Assembly (NCBI GenBank): GCA_963693365.1
Contig: CAVNZM010000003.1
Coordinates: forward strand, 11,443,651 to 11,507,650
Direction of reading: 5' to 3'
Source of the DNA: Amoebidium appalachense
Taxonomy: Eukaryota > Protista > Ichthyosporea
DNA: 64,000 nt
The notes under the pieces were generated by a model, which made no database searches, was not told the origin of the DNA, and saw only the letters and a program-made list of their open reading frames with translations. Position 1 is the stretch's first letter; each line of letters begins with the position of its first letter. A program made the translations under genes and the position numbers. This document shows positions 1 through 48,983 of the stretch, piece by piece.

Positions 1-108
1 GGGAGGAGCGAGTCAACTATCAAACATAGGAATTCAAGCTCCACATTGCACCAAAATTCATACCAGCATGAAAAAGGCCGGATGAGAGGGTGTATTGAAG
101 GGGGAAGC

Positions 109-151
<43 letters not shown>

Positions 152-652
152 TGGGATCATAATAGGAACAGGAAGATAGAAGCAGAAGGAAAATGGATGG
201 GGAAAAAAAAAAAAAAAAAACAAGGAATAACAGCATATTCAATAATATTTCTTGCCTGATTTTGACGTGGCCAAGGAGCCGTGCCAGACTGCGTGTGCCC
301 TCTGCAGCCTTATTTGCTGTGTCTGGTGTAAACTGAGCAGCGTCCACAAGAGAAAAAAATCGGTGTGAGAAAGGAGAAAAGAGGAAAATCACTGAGTGCT
401 TTTGATATGATGCTATATATAATACGATGTGTGAAAGTATCGTGCTTAAATATGCAATATTTGTTTTGAGGGTCGTGCTTAGATACAAATATATATTTAT
501 ACACCCAACATGTGTGTGTGGGTGGGTTGGGGGGGGGGGGGGGGGGGGGGGGGGTTGGATGACATGTTTTGTAGATGGGCCAGGGTCGTGGAAGTGAGGT
601 CAAGGGTTTGTATGGTGGGGTACAAAAGTCGTGTCGGCGTTGCAGTGGTGTG

Positions 653-752
<100 letters not shown>

Positions 753-778
753 ATGCGTGTGTGCATGCATGTGCGCAA

Positions 779-816
<38 letters not shown>

Positions 817-978
817 TTGTGCATGTGTGTGTGTGTATGTGTGTGAGGGTGTACGCACGTACGTGTGCGTGTGTGTGTGTGTGTGGATATATCTATGGGT
901 CAATTCTTTTTGTGTCTGCATTTTTGTGTCTGCATCAAGTATGTAACCACACGCGAGCAACAAAGGAGAAAGCCCTCG

Positions 979-1010
<32 letters not shown>

Positions 1011-1594
1011 CCCATAAAAAAAATAAATAAATAAAATTAAAAATTAAAAACCACACAGACACATGCAGATCTGTGTAATCAGAAAGGGAGAGGCATCGTA
1101 GGGGCTATGTAAAGGATGTGAGTACATGATAAGGCTGAGACGGGCAGCTAGCTGCATGAACTGCTCAAAGATGCTCAGATCAACATACCGTTCTCGTTTT
1201 CTCTCAATAACCCCTACGCAACCTCATTCCTCCAGTCCTCCCCACCAGCCCTACAACCGTTTACGCTCCCTACCCCCTCCCCTCCTCCCCTCATGCCCTT
1301 CCCTTCCTTCCTCCCCTCCCCTCCGCCCTCCCCTTCCCCCTTCCCCAAAAAACTATATATGTATGTATATATATAGAAATAAACAGAAAAAAAACTTAGC
1401 AACTAGTTTAGAAAAAATGAAACGAAGAAACCCTTTTTGTTGTCCCCACACCTGCTGAGTGCATATAACTGGGAGAGGCATGGTGAAGACCCTAATGGAC
1501 ATTGGCTGTTCTGCTCTTTTGCTCCTGTCGCGGGCAAGTCCTTAGTCCAGTTTATCTACTTCCGCCTTTGTTGGCCCTTTTGCGTGCTTTAGTT

Positions 1595-2020
1595 TCAGCT
1601 TGCCCGTGACCATGGTGGGTATAGCTCAAGAAGCTCAAATTCTATCCAGGCGTGCTTGTGTGTGCACAAATGCGCAGTGCCTGCTTCTGAAGCCTACAGC
1701 ACCTTCCTTTAGCCACACTTTACCCCCCCCCCCCCCCTCCCTCCCCCCCCCCCCACCCACCCACCCACCCCTCCCCCCCCTCCCCCCCCCCCCCCTTCAA
1801 AAAAAAAAAAAAAAAAAGACAAGGAAAATCGAGGGGGAAAAAAGCTTACCCAATTTCCAGGTGGCTCGGCAGGAAGCCCTGTAAAGAAGTCTATTGTTGC
1901 TGGGGGCAGCTCGCCATCATCCAGCCTAACTCGCTTTGTGCCTTTTAGGGGTGCTCCTGCCTCCTCACGTGGGCCAGCAACATCAGAGGGCGCCCCTTCG
2001 CCTCTCTTCTTAGGACCCAT
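1595..2020 (-). CDS. Possible small two-exon gene (~89 aa, MGPKKRGEGAPSD...) or 5' part of a degraded gene
   Basis: Exon 2020-1850 is open (basic, NLS-like KKR and KRVR) and ends at a GTAAGC donor. A TAG acceptor at 1696-1694 continues in phase 0 to TGA at 1597-1595. No family recognised. Further exon-like patches near 1125-1213 and 255-309 could not be joined cleanly. Confidence 0.2.
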
Positions 2021-2438
2021 CTTTTGTGTTTCTAAGTGCTCTTACTATTCATGAGTCTGAAAGGATACAAGAGACTAGTTGAGGTGATGTTTAAAGATGG
2101 CACACAGGAATCCTTGTTCGATGCAACAGGCCTGCCTGGTCAACAAACGGAGGGGCTGAAAATGACTAGGCTGGTTTGATCATGCACGGTAGTTCTCACT
2201 GCTTAGCTCCTTCCCAAACAATATCGTTGTTAGCTTGTTTCGGTTAGAGCGTGTTGGGGTTTTCACAATTCAGGGGGGAAAACGCTGCAGAGCCTCCCGC
2301 ACAACTCGCGACACGTTGACGTCATGGCGGGTCATTTGTCTCATTTTCCCGCCACTTTGTATTTGAACAAATCAGACGGTGTCTTTTATAACCAAATTGG
2401 GTTAATATGCTCTATTGCTGTAACGTCACAATCCCGGA

Positions 2439-2477
<39 letters not shown>

Positions 2478-2622
2478 AAAACCTCATTCCATAGTTTTCT
2501 GGCTTTCCCTGATGTAGGGTGACTCTCTACCATGGCAAGGTACGCCATTCAAGGTACACAGAGAGGGAGAGAGAGCCTCGCGAGAGAGCCTCCAGAGAGC
2601 GAGAGACTCGAGAGATCTAGAG

Positions 2623-2740
<118 letters not shown>

Positions 2741-2812
2741 CTGAGAGAAAGAGAGACTCGGAGGGGGGGAGGGGGGGGGGGGGGGGGGGGGGGAGAGAGA
2801 TCTAGCTAGAGA

Positions 2813-2879
<67 letters not shown>

Positions 2880-3008
2880 GGAGAGGGAGAGAGAGGGAGA
2901 GAGAGATTAAGATAGAGAGACTCTTGGCAAGGGAGAGGGGGGGGGGGGGGTAAGGCGAGAGAGAGAGCGAGAGGGATCCGGAGGGAGGGACTGGGGCATT
3001 GTGAGGAC

Positions 3009-3698
3009 GTGTCGGCAACCTGGGGCCTGGATTCGGCGAGCATCCCAAACAACTCAACCTATGTGATGTTTGCGACAGAATTTACCGCAAATAACTACAA
3101 AATGATATTCTACAGCGATCCTGCTTGCACCGCACTTGCAGGCACAATGATATCTCTTCAAGACTATGGTTACTGCGGTCACAATGCCGTGTTCAACGGA
3201 TACATGGGCCTTAAGGTGGCGCCATCATCATCCTCCTCCTCCTCCACAACATCCTCCACAACATTATCTACACCAGCCCCCGCGCCTACCTCTAGCTCTT
3301 CAGCACGGACGTCCTCGCGCATCCCCACGAGCAGGCCTGTGTCTTCGACCACAACCACCCTTTCTACATCAACCGCAAAGCCCACACCCAAGCCAGCACC
3401 TACACTGACCCCTTCACCAGTTGTCACCGGGCTCACCAGTTGTGACAAAATGGTGAAGTGTGCCGCCTACAGGCCCGACCCCAAAACCTGCGGGGTGATG
3501 CGCTGCAAGGCCGGGGTGAGCTGGAACACAACAATGCCGTGCACCGATAACTACTGCTGCTTCACGCCCGGAACACGTGGCAACTGTCTGTCTGTGGACT
3601 GCCCGAAGGGTACCAAACGCACCACCAAAAACTGCAAACTGGGCTGGATCGACCGAGGCGTGCTGCAAGAACTACTGCTGCAAGAAAAATTAATTTAA
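3009..3698 (+). pseudogene. 5'-truncated, frameshifted fragment of a secreted/surface protein: Cys-containing segment, Ser/Thr/Pro linker, Cys-rich C-terminal repeats
   Basis: Complex-sequence ORF with mucin-like SSSSSTTSSTTLSTPAPAP..KPTPKPAPT and Cys-rich CTDNYCC. No signal peptide; the 5' end runs into (GA)n. Shifting frame near 3645 gives GSTEACCKNYCCKKN*, which repeats the NYCC motif and implies a 1-nt frameshift. Confidence 0.55.
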
Positions 3699-3871
3699 AA
3701 TTGAGTCAACGTTAACTGATGAATTTTATAGACTGAATTTTATATGGTATGTACACATGATGTACACTGAGATCAGATCCGATGCATATTTCGTCGGTTA
3801 GCAGCATAATAAAAATAATGGCACACCGTGGTTGTAATATCCGCAGGCCCGGGAGGGGTCACCCGTAAGTC

Positions 3872-3940
3872 GCATATACTTGCATATATTTACTGACTTA
3901 CATATTTGCATATATTTGCATATATTTGCATATATTTACA
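3872..3940. repeat. 10-bp tandem repeat (tgcatatatt)n
   Basis: Directly visible imperfect tandem copies. Confidence 0.85.
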
Positions 3941-4284
3941 AGTTGCGAGGGAGAAGATAAGAAGAGAGAGATGGAAAGGGGCCGGGAAGAGCGCCAAACG
4001 CAATTGTCTCTCTACTACCGAACTTGCTTTGGCGAGGAATACTACGGCATCAATTACTGCATATTCGTGCAATGGCATGGCGTCTGCGTTCCAATAACAT
4101 ATGAAGTATTACTGGGTTTTAGGACAGTAATTTTCGAAGTTAGAGGTCAATTTTTGCATTTTAACCGGTGCAGCTCCTGAATAACTGTTTGCAATCCGTG
4201 CACAGTATCGACACCCATATTGGGGGCGACACACACAAACACGTATACCCCCCCCCCCCCCCCCCCCCCCTCCGGTGGCCTGCT

Positions 4285-4322
<38 letters not shown>

Positions 4323-4971
4323 CACACACACACACACACACACACCGTCACACACACACTGATATACACCAAAAAATACACGTACACACTCGCAAATTCA
4401 CATACAGACACAAACACCAGACAATGCACACACTCAAACACCAACAATACGCACAGACACTGAGACACGCGCGCGCGCACACACACACACACGGTGACAC
4501 ACACAAACTGTGTCCACGCTATTACACCGTAGATATCCCACACATAGCGACGTTTACAATTTACACACGTAAACTCGGCTGACATCCGTTACTCAATCGA
4601 ATAGCTGGGCCGTATTGAAAACATCAAAGTTTAGGAGTGTTGATATCCTGGGGCGGCGCCGGTGCTATAGTTGACCTTGAAACCGAAACTTTCAGCTCTG
4701 CCATTCTGCAGCCTTCGTGAAGTATCAACTTGAGTAGCTGCTTGGCAACTAATCATAGAAGCTATCCAAACCCCCCTCCCCCCCCCCCCCCCCCCCCCCC
4801 CCCCTCCTGTTGTGACTCGGAGGTCCAAAATAAATGTCTTTCTTGCAGTGTTTCTTACTGTTGCCCAGTGATCTGAACCCCTTCTGCTTTTAGAGTTTCC
4901 CTTTGTGTCTCAGTCTCGCCAAAGTAGTCCTGCTCGTTTGTGATCAAGCCACATATGTTCGTGATGCGTAT

Positions 4972-5246
4972 TCATGAAGGTAGAATGAAACGCTTCAGGT
5001 GTGCAGGTGTAGATGACTTGACCCCAGAACGAGATCTCTTGACAAAGTGCTCTATGCCATCTGTTAACCTCAACAGTTGCAATGTGCACTGTTGGTCTAA
5101 GATTCAGTTTTATTTTTTTGCCCTCCCATGGGCCTATTTTTCTTATTCCTTGCACCTATGTCTCTTTTCTGTCTCTTTTCTTTTAAGCCGACTGCTAGTC
5201 ACAGTTTTGTTCTATGTGCGTGTACTTGGTACTCTGCAACATATCG

Positions 5247-5280
<34 letters not shown>

Positions 5281-5461
5281 ACCCCCCCCCCCCCCACCAC
5301 CTCCCCCCCGATCAGGCCCACCGTCCCCCTGGGGCCCACCCTCCCTCAAGATTATGTTTTTTTCCTTCAAGGGCTTTCGCTTCTTCCATTTGCACAAATG
5401 AAGACTATGATTTGTGTGTGCTGTTCATCGTGAGTGTGTACTTGTACTCTGGAACGTGACA

Positions 5462-5538
<77 letters not shown>

Positions 5539-5799
5539 CCCCCCCCCCCCCCCTCCCCCCACAACTTTCCTTTCAATCGATGTATGCTTTTTTATCTTCT
5601 TTCCCCCGGGTTTTTTCTCTCTCGCGCGAAGAACACCCCTTGTGTGTGTTGTTTTCGTAAGATGTTTGCTTCGTAATCTGGAACACATTGGACCCCCCCC
5701 CCCCCCCCCCCCCCCCCCCCCTTAAAAAAAAAAAAAAAAAAAAAAAAAAACTTGAAAATCACATGCATTAAATATAATAAATTTTAAAAGCAAAAACAC

Positions 5800-5835
<36 letters not shown>

Positions 5836-6086
5836 GGCATCCACCTTCACTTCACCTACCCAAGAACAAAAGACCAAGTTGAAACATCCAATTTGCCCAA
5901 AATCGCAAAGTCGCAAGCACGTGTATGCATCCTCGCATAAACATGTGCCCAAACCAAGGCACGAGCACATCCGTCAAAACCTAGTTTATGTCTAAGCGGC
6001 TGCACTGCTCCAGTTACGGTGAACTTTGGCACGACCCCCCCCCCCCCCTCTCTCTCCCCCCCCCCCCCCCCCCTCCCCACCAAAAT

Positions 6087-6138
<52 letters not shown>

Positions 6139-6264
6139 GGGGGGGAGGGAGGGGGGGGGGAGGGAGGGAGGGAGGGACTCCGAGGGAGGGAGGGAGGGAG
6201 GCCCTGGGAGGGAGGGAGGGAGGGAGAGGGAGAGGGAGAGGGAGAGGGAGAGAGGGGGGGGGGG

Positions 6265-6328
<64 letters not shown>

Positions 6329-6346
6329 GCAGGGAGAGAGGGAGGT

Positions 6347-6414
<68 letters not shown>

Positions 6415-6439
6415 AGAGAGAGGGAGCAAGAGAGGGAGA

Positions 6440-6472
<33 letters not shown>

Positions 6473-6478
6473 GGGAGG

Positions 6479-6509
<31 letters not shown>

Positions 6510-6559
6510 AGAGAGAGGGAGCAAGAGAGGGAGAGAGGGGGGGGGGGGGGGGGGGGAGG

Positions 6560-6602
<43 letters not shown>

Positions 6603-6703
6603 GAAACCTCAAGGACGAAGCAGAACGGGCACGAAGACAGCCAAATCACATACATCAAAGCTCCTGCTGAGTCGACACATGTCACTTGTGTATAATTCCA
6701 ATA

Positions 6704-6734
<31 letters not shown>

Positions 6735-7399
6735 GCGCGCGCGCGCGCGCGCGCGCATACACACACACACTGATGCACACGCACACGCACACGCACACGC
6801 ACACGCGTAGGCACAGCACTCACGCACGCACGCACGCACGCACTACACGCACGCACACACGCACGCACGCACAGAGGCACACATGCACACACGCAAACAC
6901 ACGTGCACACGTGCACACGTGCACATACTCACCGGTCCGTGACGCACACCCACACCCACACCACACGCACATGCACATGCACAAACACACTTTCTCTCTT
7001 ACACTACGAGCCCAGTCAAAGAGAAGTGAGTGAGTGCTAAAACATAATATTACACCTACTAGAAAAGGGTAAAAGAAGCAATGAAAAAAACAACAGGGGG
7101 AAAAAAAAAAAAAAAAAAAAAAACGAAAAGAAGAAAAGAAGAAACGGGAAAAATAAAGACTGTCGGAAAACTCAAAAGAAAAACCAAGGCAACCCACCAT
7201 TTCTTTTTTCTAAAAAAATTATCAAGCTTGGTTGGGTGGCCGTACCCCCGGCAGTGTTGTCATACGGTAAGTATAACCGTTGATTACCGTAGCAAACCAC
7301 ATGTACAGTATGGGCGATTGCTGACTGAATTGTAGCATCATTGGCAACGAATAATGCATCTTTTACACGATTCACGATACACGGTGACCAACCATGCAT
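4972..7399 (-). CDS. Tentative four-exon gene, ~151 aa hydrophobic protein of unknown function
   Basis: Exons 7399-7246, 6663-6608, 5980-5860 and 5096-4972 have GT/AG borders and compatible phases (1,0,1), giving an open frame MHGWSPC...ALMYVIWLSSCPFCFVLEVLTDVLVPWFGHMFMRG...LKRFILPS*. No family recognised, so it could be chance or a non-coding transcript. Confidence 0.3.
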
Positions 7400-8286
7400 G
7401 CCCAATTGCTACAACCTTCAGTAAGAGTTCAATCTCTCTCTGCACAGCTGCAGCTGTGGTCTGTTTTGTAATGTTTGTGGGCCTAAAGTGACACCTTTGA
7501 AAGAAGATGTGTGGGGTGTTACAGTAGGGCTTGTGTGGCCCTGAACTGTCGATATAATATATGCCACGTGTACATAGAGTAATAGTCACAAATATATTAG
7601 TAATGTGCACATCCACGATGTCCCCACGACGCCCCCGTCCCAGCCCGACGTCAGCAAGCGGGCACAAGCCTTGGAAACTAGGAGGGAGGGGGAAAAAACG
7701 GGAAGCAAAAAAAACAAACAAAAAAAAAACAAAAAAAAAAAAAACAAAAACAACCGGTGGCGTGACAGGCCAGAGACAAGATCTCAATTCAAAAAAAAAT
7801 TGAAAAAAAGTAGGAATATAAAAACTGGCTGGGCAACCTAAAATCATGAGCTGGCTGAGAAAGGAGACCAGTGCAGGAAATGTTTGGGGAAACTGTAGGG
7901 AAAGCGGGGAGGGGGGGGGGGGGGGGGGGAGGGGGGGCAGTATCAAAGGGAGGCGGGAGGCGGGCGAGGGAAAATGTTGTGCGGGGGGTGGGTGGCTGGA
8001 TGGGGGTGGGGGGAGAGGGGGGAGGGTGGGGAGGGGGAGGGTGGTGGTGGGAATCGAGCAGAAGGAAGCGGAGAAAGAGAAAGGCGGGGGGAGGGGGGAG
8101 AGGGGAGAGGGGAGTGAGAGAGGAGAGGATGGGAGTCTGGGGTAGGGACTAGGAGGGGTGAGAGAGGGAGGAGGGGGGAAGGAACCGGGATGGTGGATGG
8201 AGTGGGGATTAGTATGTGAGAGGAGTGAACGCCGCGGTATATGTGTGGGTGCGTGGTGAGAAAGCTGTGCTTTGTGTGTGCTTTGT

Positions 8287-8382
<96 letters not shown>

Positions 8383-8844
8383 AAGATGAGGGACGACGTC
8401 CTAACTGTTTTCAGACACAAAGGTGCATCGTTTGTGACATATGCAGTCCAGTATGCGGCGAGAGGGAGACGGAGAAACGAAAGTTTCAAAAAGCAAATTC
8501 ATCTTTGCAATGGCCCAACCCGTGGCTCGTATATCTCTGCACTTAAAATTTAATTTCCAAACGCCGTATAGTCGACGAACAAGTCTCTTTGAATAGGCCA
8601 TCTCAACAAGTCCTACAGATTGCACAAATAACGATGTCCCTTGAATTAAAATACTAAAAAGGTTGCAACAAACACTAGCACGGCATGGCAAAGTCCAAAA
8701 CTCATTACGATTTTTTTTTTTTTTTTTTTGCAGGGACATGGCATCTGTAGCTTTCAGGCAATATGTATGCATATGCATCGCGAAACAAAACATCACAACG
8801 GGTATCTATCCTCTCTCTTGCACGTGTGGCCTCCAGACATGCAT

Positions 8845-9356
8845 CTACTCGGGCTTCTTCTCGCCGAGCTTCAGGTTACCGTGGAGCAGAGTCTTTGCCA
8901 GCTTTGCCTCCATCTCGTTGGCAGTTGCTGCAAGGGCTGGTGCCACGTTGCCACCTGCACAGAGATCACAATTGAGAGTCTGGTGGTGAAAATGCACAAT
9001 TGATTCCCTCCCACTCCCATCCCCCCATCCCCTCCCCCTTCCAAAGGGGAGGGGAAGTCTTGTGCCGCCTCAGACCAGCACACACACACATCTGGCTTTC
9101 CATACCCCCCTCATCCCTTCCCCTTTTGTGCAGCTCGTGGCTATCACATGGTTTTGTATTGTCATATCTAATTGCACATTCATATGATCTAAGAACAGAG
9201 AGCGCTCTAAAGATACGGGCACTTCATTTTCCTGGGTTAAATCACAAATGCCCCCCCCCCCTCTCCCCCGCCGCCAGCCAGAGATGAAAAAGCTAGCAGT
9301 GCCAATGGATAAAAGCATAAAAATCCAAGGTAAAAAGTAAAAAGAAGGGAGCCCGT

Positions 9357-9398
<42 letters not shown>

Positions 9399-10284
9399 TG
9401 CCAAAAAGCACGAACAACACATTCGATGACTTGTGTAATGCACAAGAACAAGACAGGCATTCATATTGTGCACACCCCTTAGTTAAAGGTGCGTCCAGTT
9501 AGGCGCCCACGCACGTTCGTGTGTGCATTCGTGTGTGGATGGGTGAGGGGGGGGTTGGGAGGGGGAGGGGGGGTTTGGTGGATTGGGAGGGATATATGCA
9601 TGAGAATGTCAAGGAAAAAGGAAACAAAGCACCGAACACGGGTATGGAGGCCTAACCAAGGCAAAAGAGAGAAGCACAGCATGAAAGGCAAGATGCCAGA
9701 CACGTCAAAGTTTGCAAAGAGGCGAGTACAGCGTACACAATATGATAAATCAAACATTGGGGGGGGGGGGGGGGTTTGAATGCGGAACACGGTACGAAGT
9801 ACGCATACACGTCGAGAGGCATGGTGCAGGACACATGCAAAGGCAAACATTCAAGTATGCAACATCAGCCATGTGCACAGTATGCGTCATAAGCAGAGCC
9901 CATCCTCAGGGAGGACCCAAGTCATCAATTGCATCTGAGTTTCGACCCCTTAGCCCGCGTATATATATATGGGGGGGGGAGGGGGGGGGGGGGGGAAGAG
10001 GGGGAGATGGGCCACACAACGAGCTGGAAAGCCACACAACGAGCATACGGTATGCTACGGCTCTATCTCTCCGCAGGGGGAGGGGGGGGGGGGGGGGGAG
10101 GGGGGGGGGAAGTACAAGGTGCTACAATGTACAAAGTACACATTCATGATGGATCACACTGCAAATACTGCAAAGCAAACTCAACAAATATAAATCACAA
10201 GCAGAGACGTGCAAATTCACAAGAGGGTGAAGCAGCACGGGTGTGCAAAAGGAAACACAAATACGGCGCGAAAGGAGCATCGGG

Positions 10285-10318
<34 letters not shown>

Positions 10319-11425
10319 TGGGGATATGTAAGGGAACCCAACAACAAGCACCAAGATACAAAACGAAGGGGACATTACAGAGATGGGCAAGGGATGCAAA
10401 AAATGGCATACAGAATGTTGGGTGGATGGGTAGTGAGGGAAAAAGTAGGGAGAGAGAGAGGGGGAGGGGGGGGAGGGATTGGGAGCACACACAAGGGTAT
10501 GTAGCCCAAGTAAGGCCTACTCCTCTAAGAATGGAATGTGTGCGTGTGTGTATTCCTTCCCCTCCCCTCCCCCCAAAGGAGGGGGGGGGGGGGGGGTCAG
10601 GCACAGTGCCGGTCGATTGTGGGAGGAAAGTAAAGAACGACCAAGATAACGGGGATGCAAGGCCAATACAACTAACAAATTCCCATCTAAGTGGCGGGTT
10701 GCCATTCCTGTGAAGACTAGGATCGACTTCACCCCAGAGGAGCGGGAGGGAAGGGGAGAGGGGGAAGGGCATAAGGAGGAACAAAAGAGACTGGAACAAG
10801 TGTACACAGACATCGCAGGACTGTGTGTGTGTGTTTGGGGAGAGGGGGGGGGGGGGGGAGGATGTGCATTAGAGAGGAAGTGGAGACATCAATAGACAAG
10901 AACACCAAATGCCACAGCGAGGGTGTGTGTGTGTGTGCGTGCGTGTGTTTGTGTCTCTTTTTTTGGGGATTGTTTTCACTACCTTGAAGAATGTTAGCCT
11001 GCTCGAGTTCACCCTTGGATGGCCGTCTGGTGAGCTTAAGAGAAAGGGCATCCTGAATCTTTGCCTTTTCCAACTCTGCCTGTGCAGCCGCCAAAGAGGG
11101 TGCTACGTTCGAGTCTGCAGGGAGGGGTGGGGACGTCAATAGCAATCGAATATAATGATATACACCCAACCGACAAAAAACCAGCCCTGCCTCTTTCTCC
11201 CCCCAACTATTTACCGAATATCAAACCCACGATGTGTGAGAGATCTTGCAGCGCCATGGCGTCACTACACGACAGTTCTAACACTCCTTTCAGATCTGGC
11301 GCCCCTGCTGCAAGAGTGCATAGGTTGGAGAAGGGTGTAACCACGCAAAGACGTTCCGGCATCTGATTTAAGAAGCTCGGGGAAGAAAAAGATGGGGGAC
11401 GGATAAGGGTGTGTGTGTGTGCGTG

Positions 11426-11460
<35 letters not shown>

Positions 11461-12307
11461 TCAGTTTAGAAACGCACTACACCCTCGAGACCTCGACAAG
11501 AAAGAGGTCAAGTGTCAGAGAAAGGAGAACACAAGGAAGAGATTAACAAGCACAAGCACAGGGCTACACACGGTGAAGGATGTGTTGATTCTCAAGGTCC
11601 TCCTTGGAGGGTCTGCGCTGGAGCTTCCTGTTGAGGCTGTCTTCGAGCTGGGCCTTGGCCAGCCCGAGCTGAGCCTCGGCAACAGCAGGTGACACGTCAG
11701 CTGTGGAAGGAGTGTTAGTGACAAGGAGGAGGAAACCCAGACACTTCCCTAAGAAAGAAGTACATAAACATAGCAGTGAAGGATACCATCAGTAAAAAAG
11801 AGGGGGGGGGGGAGGGGACAGGAGGGGGGCAGTGTGCTGTCTTTATAAGGAGACGACTGTTGTTGAAGAAAAACATATAGTTGTATTTTTATAGCAACCC
11901 CATTTATATTTAAAATTATGTTATTACGGAAGTTACCCGTTCCCTAACCCTCTCCAGCCCGTTTAATTATGCCATACAGCCCTCTTCAGTCCAACAGCCC
12001 AACAAAACTTTTACCTCTCCATGGGATCCTTCTGCTCTCCCTAGCTCGTCTCCATACAAAACAGACGTTGAAAAGGAAGCACTTTACAATTTAGTTAGCT
12101 GAAGTACAGATCTGGCTGAGAGACACAAACAGAAAGAAAGCGAAGTGGCAGAGTAAAGTTGCCCTGCTTTTAGGCCTTAGAATTTTAAGAACAGGCAACC
12201 CACTTACTCTTGAGGATGTTCTTATCCTTCAGCTCTTCCTTGGAAGGCCTGCGCTCCAGCTTGCCCCCGATGGCCGCCTGAATGGTCTTGATATCCTGCT
12301 CGCTCAT
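8845..12307 (-). CDS. RPEL-repeat protein (3 RPEL motifs, ~156 aa; G-actin-binding motif family)
   Basis: Exons 12307-12208, 11700-11572, 11114-10983 and 8954-8845, all phase-1 GT-AG joins. Motifs: LERRPSKEELKDKNIL, LQRRPSKEDLENQHIL, LTRRPSKGELEQANIL, separated by (N/D)V(A/S)P(S/A)(L/V)A spacers. A probable 5'UTR intron ends with CAG just before the ATG (donor GTAAGC at 12590). Confidence 0.9.
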
Positions 12308-13010
12308 CTGGAGTGGGCGGAAAGCACACACGGCAGTGAGAATCATTTAAATTAAGATCTGAACCGATACGAACCACTGCAAAGCTTCTTTGGCAGAGGG
12401 GCGAACCGCCGAACAGACGAAGCTACAAAAAAAATAAAAAAAAAATAAACAACAAACAACGAATACACTCACGTGACAAACGGCCGCTGTGTGGCACAGA
12501 ACATCCGTAAGAACAAGATAGTAGCCGTTATTAGCGTGAAGAATAAGGTAAATGTCTTGCAAAAGAAAAACGCCTACCAGGAAGGCTTACCTTCGGCAGT
12601 GAAACAAGGATTCTACGTTTAGATGTCTCTTGTTTTTTTTTCCTTAGTAAACACAAAGTTTTGAAAGCCTCTGCACGAAGAATGTTTTTGCCAAGTTGTT
12701 GGAGCAACCGAATCCTGCGTGATTTGCAGCCAACTGAAAAAAACCCGCCGTTGCTCAACTTGGCTTAGAGCTAACTCTTGTGATTGGTAGAATGGGAACC
12801 GTTAGATAATGAAGCCAATCAATTGGCCAGATCTTGAAACCAGATAAGCTCAATTTGGCAGTTGCCAGCTCCTGAGCACCTTCCAAAAAAGCAGGTGAAC
12901 CGGAAGCTCGGGAGCCTTGACTGGGCGGCTGGACCATTGCACGGACACTGACTGCCGGGTTTATGTACAATGACACGGGCAGATAGCTACCACCTACTGA
13001 GGCGGTGTCT

Positions 13011-13049
<39 letters not shown>

Positions 13050-13841
13050 TAAAAGGGTAGATGTATAACGTCGCACGTGCGGCAACATGTCAGTACGTGT
13101 TAGGGCAGATAGATAATCGACAGGAAAAGAACTAATGTATCACATTATGCCAGTATAGTAAGCGAATACATGTTCCATTATTTGTTTACATATTTGAGCC
13201 AACCCCGACCACTTTATGGACCACTTTGATGCATTTGTGCATTTGACTTTGACGAATGCATTCGTGAATATCATGTCACGACTTGAAGTTTAGGGGGTAA
13301 ATTGCTTGATAAACCATGACCCGCACATTGATCTGGCCGCTTGTGGTATTATTTCGAGTAGCATCACACACAGCTTATAGAAATTCATATTAGAAAATAT
13401 ATGTGTGACATGTGGATGTACAAATGTGCCACAAAATTGCTGCTGTCGTCTATAATAAGGTCTAAACGGATTCGAGGTCAGTAACAACAGGGGTTTAGGG
13501 GATTCCGTTTCCCAGCGCTGATTGGCTAACTCCACATTCCCGACAGAAAAAGGGCGCGGGCCAGTGTAAAAAGTGGCTCAGCGCACTTTAATGTTTTCAC
13601 GTGCAACTACGCACCGCCAATTGTGACAGGACAAGCAAACCTGCTTCCTTTTGTAGCTCAAGGGCGAAGGAAAAGAAGCTTTTCTGAGTCGTAATATGCA
13701 TAGGAACCCTAAATAAGTTGTTTAAATAGCCAGAGAAGTTCGCGTTTGTCAGTACAAATCAGCAGGATCCGCATGTTATGTTTCGGTTTCAGTTTGTGTC
13801 TGTCTGCAAGTGCTTGCTGCCTAACGGGAGGCGACGTTAGG

Positions 13842-48708
<34,867 letters not shown>

Positions 48709-48768
48709 CCCGATTAGGTGTAATGAGATTGAAGCGTGGGGTTTTGATTGTGTGTGCCCTTTTGTAAG

Positions 48769-48983
48769 TGTATAAAGTAGGAGAATGTATGATATGATAT
48801 GTTTGGTTGTTTTGTTGTGGACGTTAGGGGGCTGTTTGGACGTTGTATGAAGTAGGAGAATGTATGATATGTTTGGTTGTTTTGTTGTAAACGTTAGGGG
48901 GCTGTTTGGACGTTGTATAAAGTAGGAGAATGTATGATATTTTTAGTTGTTTTGTTGTGGACGTTAGGGGGCTGTTTGGACGT
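48769..48983. repeat. 70-bp minisatellite x3 just downstream of the NRPS stop (3'UTR region)
   Basis: tgtataaagtaggagaatgtatgatatgtttggttgttttgttgtggacgttagggggctgtttggacgt repeated three times. Confidence 0.92.

Noticed and set aside
10729-10820. Alternative last exon for the RPEL gene (VLRCLCTLV...)
   Set aside because: It has no RPEL-family character, whereas exon 8954-8845 continues the NVAPALAA spacer pattern.
11942-11950. Telomere-like ccctaaccc and isolated ttaggg motifs
   Set aside because: Single occurrences, not arrays.
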